Assembly (NCBI GenBank): GCA_902577765.1
Contig: CACHAK010000001.1
Span: 117,151 to 181,150 of the forward strand
Length of the DNA: 64,000 nucleotides
From: an uncultured Pelagibacteraceae bacterium
Lineage (GTDB): Bacteria; Pseudomonadota; Alphaproteobacteria; Pelagibacterales; AG-422-B15
Direction of reading: 5' to 3'
This document shows positions 60,380 through 64,000 of this stretch, piece by piece. The position numbers and the translations under genes were made by a program. How positions within the stretch are numbered: position 1 is the stretch's first letter; each line of letters starts with the position of its first letter. A model generated the notes under the pieces. That model had not been told where the DNA came from and ran no database searches. It worked only from the letters and a program-made list of their open reading frames with translations.

Positions 60380-61072
60380 ATGAAAGTATTAATGCTAAAT
60401 CCCGGAGATCACGTTGCGATTTCGTTTTGGTTGATCTCTATGGCCATGGTTGCCGCTACTGCTTTCTTCTTTCTTGAAAGAGATCGTGTAGCAGCTAAAT
60501 GGAAAACGTCCCTTACAGTAGCCGGTTTGGTTACTGGTATTGCGGCGTGGCACTACTTCTATATGAGAGGCGTATGGGTTGCTACTGGTGACTCACCAAC
60601 AGTTCTTCGTTACATTGACTGGTTGATTACTGTGCCTCTACAAATCGTAGAATTTTACGTAATTCTTGCGGCGATGACTGCTGTTGCTTCAAGCCTTTTC
60701 TGGAGACTATTAATTGCATCAATTATTATGCTTGTCTTCGGTTACATGGGTGAAACTGGAGCGATGAATGTAACTCTAGCCTTCGTAATAGGTATGGCTG
60801 GATGGCTATATATCATCTACGAGGTTTTTGCAGGTGAAGCAAGCAAGGCAAGTGCTGGTAGTGGAAACGCTGCTGGTCAAACTGCATTTAACGCATTGAG
60901 ATTAATTGTTACAGTCGGATGGGCAATTTATCCAATCGGTTATGCTGTAGGTTACTTTGGTGGCGGCGTTGACGCTGGTTCATTGAACTTAATCTATAAC
61001 CTTGCAGACTTTGTTAATAAAATTGCATTTGGTATGGCTATTTATGTAGCTGCAGTATCAGACAGCAACTAA
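60380..61072 (+). CDS. Proteorhodopsin, proton-pump type (DTE motif), blue-tuned (Gln at the position-105 equivalent)
   Basis: RYIDWLITVPLQIVEF gives D80/T84/E91 (PR D97/T101/E108) and Q88 (codon CAA 60641-60643, PR position 105). The Schiff-base Lys lies in NLADFVNKIAFG (K214). Seven TM helices. SD-like AAGGGGA lies upstream. Confidence 0.95.
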   Translation: MKVLMLNPGDHVAISFWLISMAMVAATAFFFLERDRVAAKWKTSLTVAGLVTGIAAWHYFYMRGVWVATGDSPTVLRYIDWLITVPLQIVEFYVILAAMTAVASSLFWRLLIASIIMLVFGYMGETGAMNVTLAFVIGMAGWLYIIYEVFAGEASKASAGSGNAAGQTAFNALRLIVTVGWAIYPIGYAVGYFGGGVDAGSLNLIYNLADFVNKIAFGMAIYVAAVSDSN

Positions 61073-61098
61073 TAAACTGCAAAGCAAATAATAAAGAA

Positions 61099-61123
61099 GG
61101 GGCCTTCGGGCCCCTTTTTTTTT
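61099..61123 (+). terminator. Rho-independent terminator after proteorhodopsin
   Basis: GGGGCC-TTCG-GGCCCC perfect 6-bp GC stem with a tetraloop, followed by T9 (61115-61123), 27 nt after the PR stop. Confidence 0.85.
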
Positions 61124-61179
61124 ATCAAATGTTAAAGTTCTGGAACTTAATTACACATAGAGTTATAAGTCATTGTATT

Positions 61180-61267
61180 GGCCTCATGGCGGAATTGGTA
61201 GACGCAAAGGACTTAAAATCCTTTGGGATTTATTCCCGTCCCGGTTCGAGTCCGGGTGAGGCCACCA
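61180..61267 (+). tRNA. tRNA-Leu (anticodon UAA), CCA encoded
   Basis: Manual cloverleaf. Acceptor GGCCTCA/TGAGGCC (7 bp), D stem GCG/CGC, anticodon stem AAGGA/TCCTT with loop CTTAAAA. Long variable arm GGGA-tttat-TCCC, T arm CCCGG-TTCGAGT-CCGGG, discriminator A plus CCA. Confidence 0.95.
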
Positions 61268-61325
61268 AATAATCACATAATTTTTATTCGTGTTATATCT
61301 GCGTATTTTTGATATATTCTAATTC

Positions 61326-62213
61326 ATGTTGAAATTTAGAGCTTGTATTTATTCAATCTTAAGTATCTTTTTATTAATAGGTATTTCAAATGCATCTAGT
61401 TTAGAGAACAGAGTTACCTCTTATCTTAATGGTCTAGCTAATAGCTTAGGCACTAGTGTATCGTCATTGTTTACAGAGAACAGCAGAGTGAAGTACCTTG
61501 ATTTGAATTTGGGAGTACAAGATGGTTTAAAGCCAACAATATCTCTTACAAATGTAAATATGATTTCTGAGTATGGAAATAGCGCAATATTTAACCAAAA
61601 CTCTCTTAACCTTCATAACAATGACCAGACAATCAATCTTGGCGTTGGACATAGAACTCTCCTAAATGATGACAAAGTTATATTTGGACTAAATTTATTT
61701 TTTGATTACGCATTTGATGACTCACATCAGAGAAATGGAGCAGGCTTGGAAGTTATAAGTAGCGTATTCGATTTGAGATCCAATATCTATGACGCTACTT
61801 CTGGCATTGAAACAGTTTCGACAGGTAAAGATGAAGAGGCAATGGACGGATGGGATATGCGTCTTGATTATCATGTACCAATTAAAGCAAATGCAAGAAT
61901 ATTTGCAGGATTATTTGAATTTGAAAATGCAGCTGGTTCATTTGAAGTAAAAGGTGAGAAATATGGTCTTAACATAATTGGTAACAATCTTGATTTAGAA
62001 GTTGGATATATCGATGACAATAAAACAGGTGATGGTTCATTCGCAAGCCTAAGCTATGTTATTCCTCTTGGAAATAGTAGAACTTTTTCAAATGACACGT
62101 CTAATTATTTTGAATATATCTCAGTTGCTGAAAGATTGTATGAGCCTGTAAAACGGGAAAATAAAATAAAAGTTGTAACAACAACATTAAATGTAAAAGC
62201 GAGTGGATTTTAA
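61326..62213 (+). CDS. Outer-membrane inverse-autotransporter (intimin/invasin-type) beta-domain protein without passenger
   Basis: Signal peptide (…GISNA/SS). By-eye similarity to the IAT beta-domain includes NLGVGHR…FGLNLFFDY…RNGAGLEV…, AMDGWDMRLDYHVP, and the linker-like ERLYEPVKRENKIKVV. It ends …NVKASGF about 12 residues after that. Confidence 0.7.
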   Translation: MLKFRACIYSILSIFLLIGISNASSLENRVTSYLNGLANSLGTSVSSLFTENSRVKYLDLNLGVQDGLKPTISLTNVNMISEYGNSAIFNQNSLNLHNNDQTINLGVGHRTLLNDDKVIFGLNLFFDYAFDDSHQRNGAGLEVISSVFDLRSNIYDATSGIETVSTGKDEEAMDGWDMRLDYHVPIKANARIFAGLFEFENAAGSFEVKGEKYGLNIIGNNLDLEVGYIDDNKTGDGSFASLSYVIPLGNSRTFSNDTSNYFEYISVAERLYEPVKRENKIKVVTTTLNVKASGF

Positions 62214-62216
62214 ATT

Positions 62217-63077
62217 ATGGCAAGGTTATCTATAAGACATTTATATTTAATTTTAGTTATGAGCCTCTCAGCCACATATTATTCATACGCTGACAGCCAC
62301 GTTGATAGTTGCACAATCACAGGTGGTATATATGACAAGGAAGAAGTGATTGACAATGGATATTGTGCAAGTGCACCAGCTGCTTATGAAATTATTGCAT
62401 ATGAATTGTATTTATGTACTAGTGAACCAGCTGCTCCTACAACAACAGCAGTGATGGATTTATCCAATTGTTACAAAAACTGGGAATTAAGTTCAGGAGC
62501 AACTCTTTCCGTTCAACAGAACGCTACTGTAGATGTCCCAGGCAAAATGACTCGACCTCCAAACGGTACTTACACACATGGAGTTATGTTGATAGATAAT
62601 TCATTTGGAATAACTGCATCATTACAATTTGACGAAGCGGTCACAGATCAGGACGGCAATTCTGGTGTTTATTGTGGAACAAAAAGTGGTTCTGGCACAT
62701 ATGGTACAGGAGCAGTCCCGTCGGGTACTTCTGAATGTGGAGCTTCAGAAATAACTGCAGGTAAATTTACTGAATTGTTAACTAGTTTTGATAGTGGATC
62801 TTTTGAGGGAACCGCAGAAGGAGAAAACCTAAATGGAACTTCAGCGAGTATTAAGGGCTATTTAATAGATACGAATTCTTATTTAGCAGAAAATGATGCG
62901 GATGTTGATAAACTTATTGGTGCAGCCACCTTTGCATCGCCAGTCAATTTTACAGAGACTACAACTACGATTACAATGTCATTCAATGTAGGAGAAGGTA
63001 TGTCAATGTATAACAATGGTGCAAATAGAATTGTTTTTGGCAGCGGTCCTTTTCAGGCAGTTATATCTACAGATTAA
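62217..63077 (+). CDS. Secreted Cys-containing T/S/G-rich protein (hypothetical), own signal peptide
   Basis: 286 aa. N-terminus MARLSIRHLYLILVMSLSATYYSYA/DS looks like a Sec signal. Six Cys, no TM and no recognised family. It starts 3 nt after, and in frame with, the upstream barrel gene. Confidence 0.55.
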   Translation: MARLSIRHLYLILVMSLSATYYSYADSHVDSCTITGGIYDKEEVIDNGYCASAPAAYEIIAYELYLCTSEPAAPTTTAVMDLSNCYKNWELSSGATLSVQQNATVDVPGKMTRPPNGTYTHGVMLIDNSFGITASLQFDEAVTDQDGNSGVYCGTKSGSGTYGTGAVPSGTSECGASEITAGKFTELLTSFDSGSFEGTAEGENLNGTSASIKGYLIDTNSYLAENDADVDKLIGAATFASPVNFTETTTTITMSFNVGEGMSMYNNGANRIVFGSGPFQAVISTD

Positions 63078-63841
63078 AACTTAAATTGCTCATTTAAAAT
63101 TCGTTCATCAAAAGAATGGTCCTCATCAAATAGGAGCTCTACAACTTGATCTTTACTTTGATGCACTTCAACAGAACTTATATCTCTAAACTCTGTGCTA
63201 TCAGCAACAACACTTACGGGTCTTTTCTTACTTTCAATTACTTCAAACTTCACATTTGACTCATTATTTAGTATTGCCCCTTTCCATCTTCTGGGTCTAA
63301 AAGCACTTATAGGAGTTAATGCAAGGACATCTGCATTTATTGGCAGTATTGGACCGTGAGCAGATAAATTGTAAGCTGTACTTCCAGATGGCGTTGAAAT
63401 TAATACACCATCACAGATAAGCTCATCCAACCTTACTTTGCCATCAACTGAAATTTTTATTTTTGACGCTTGATGTGTTTCTCTAAGTAATGATACTTCA
63501 TTAATAGCAATTGCTTTATGAATAGAACCTTCGACACTTACTGCTTTCATTATCAACGGAGATATTTTAATTGATTGAGATAGATTAACTCTATTTACCA
63601 AATCGTTTTCATTTGAAGAGTTCATCAAAAATCCAACACTACCATAATTTAAACCAAATATTGGTAAGTACTTATCCATGTGAGATTTTATTGCTTCAAG
63701 CATAAAACCATCGCCACCTAAGACAACTATTACATCAGCATTATCAAAGTCATTCTTACCATACTTATCTTCTAAGATCTTTTTTTGAGAACTTGCTTCA
63801 TCACTGCTGGAAGCCAAAAAAACTGGTTTATTCAAATTCAT
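63074..63841 (-). CDS. nadK: NAD+ kinase
   Basis: GGDGFML, NYGSVGFL, and TPSGSTAYNLSAHGPI; 255 aa. Confidence 0.9.
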   Translation of the reverse strand: MNLNKPVFLASSSDEASSQKKILEDKYGKNDFDNADVIVVLGGDGFMLEAIKSHMDKYLPIFGLNYGSVGFLMNSSNENDLVNRVNLSQSIKISPLIMKAVSVEGSIHKAIAINEVSLLRETHQASKIKISVDGKVRLDELICDGVLISTPSGSTAYNLSAHGPILPINADVLALTPISAFRPRRWKGAILNNESNVKFEVIESKKRPVSVVADSTEFRDISSVEVHQSKDQVVELLFDEDHSFDERILNEQFKF

Positions 63842-63921
63842 GGTTTTTTACCTACAAAAAAGTATTTCTTTATCCTAAAATCCTGTCTAATTGAACATAA
63901 TTAATTAATTATTCTTATCTT

Positions 63922-64000
63922 ATGTCTTTAGATGGGTATTTACTCTCAATAGATCAAGGCACAACCAGTTCACGGGCCTTAATGATAGATATTCAAGGAA
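63922..64000 (+). CDS. glpK: Glycerol kinase, 5' fragment (runs off the window)
   Basis: MSLDGYLLSIDQGTTSSRALMIDIQG matches the FGGY kinase N-terminal motif IDQGTTSSR. Confidence 0.75.
   Translation, partial: MSLDGYLLSIDQGTTSSRALMIDIQG

Noticed and set aside
62211-62219. Reading the barrel ORF and the next ORF as one fused inverse autotransporter interrupted by TAA (they are in frame: TAA ATT ATG)
   Set aside because: The second ORF begins with a convincing Sec signal peptide of its own, and the first ends in a typical OMP-like …SGF. In-frame spacing has a 1-in-3 chance. I keep it only as a hypothesis inside the finding and do not annotate it as a pseudogene.
1-64000. The other short antisense or overlapping ORFs in the six-frame track, for example 1561-1836, 2635-2844, 5010-5510, 10280-10642, 13238-13594, 14279-14578, 17985-18296, 29113-29415, 35506-36114, 39702-40168, 45278-45607, 46832-47140, 52159-52440 and 59033-59281
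   Set aside because: Each lies wholly within, or antisense to, a longer ORF with clear family motifs. Their sequences are low-complexity or hydrophobic, typical of shadow ORFs.
1-64000. CRISPR arrays, IS elements/transposases, integrases, prophage genes, toxin-antitoxin or known defence systems
   Set aside because: I saw no repeat-spacer periodicity, terminal inverted repeats or matching protein families while reading through. Coding density leaves no room except the gaps described above.

Overview
Strongly AT-rich, very gene-dense 64-kb window with about 70 protein genes, one tRNA and one riboswitch. Most intergenic gaps are under 80 nt, many starts and stops overlap, and convergent genes usually overlap or lie within 10 nt. 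Marker families point to a streamlined marine alphaproteobacterium of the SAR11/Pelagibacterales kind: proteorhodopsin, the DUF1476 zeta-type ATPase inhibitor, DUF2093, plant-type GshA, class II DAHP synthase, and msbA-DUF374-waaA-lpxK-lpxL. The exact taxon cannot be fixed from the window. Most content is housekeeping: lipid A/LPS genes, purine synthesis (purD, purB, purC-S-Q-L), glmU-glmS, gltX, cysS, nadE, cimA, rpsD, rpoZ, RNA-modification enzymes, pgi, PMM/PGM, nadK and glpK (partial). No CRISPR arrays, transposases, integrases, phage genes or recognisable defence systems were seen. Non-routine items, in my order of interest: (1) A cobalamin riboswitch fills the largest intergenic gap (30111-30432). 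It fronts a BtuB-like TonB-dependent receptor and a 175-aa six-helix membrane protein, a minimal candidate B12 uptake unit with no BtuCDF in the window. (2) Next to tRNA-Leu, an inverse-autotransporter-like beta-barrel ends right after its pore linker. An in-frame, separately signal-peptided Cys-containing secreted protein follows 3 nt later. (3) Two tandem acyl-CoA dehydrogenase pairs each combine one subunit with a catalytic base and one without, like alpha2beta2 ACADs; one pair sits beside an MFE-2/Hsd4A-type SDR. (4) An ACAD10/11-like dehydrogenase and an APH-type kinase are encoded as separate genes. The only long convergent gap lies between them and holds an unannotated 55-codon ORF. (5) Smaller items: a blue-tuned (Gln) proteorhodopsin with a strong terminator, a signal-peptide-bearing HLD-I haloalkane dehalogenase, and an RpoZ with a ~145-aa acidic tail. 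All family assignments are by-eye motif recognition and need HMM or BLAST confirmation.
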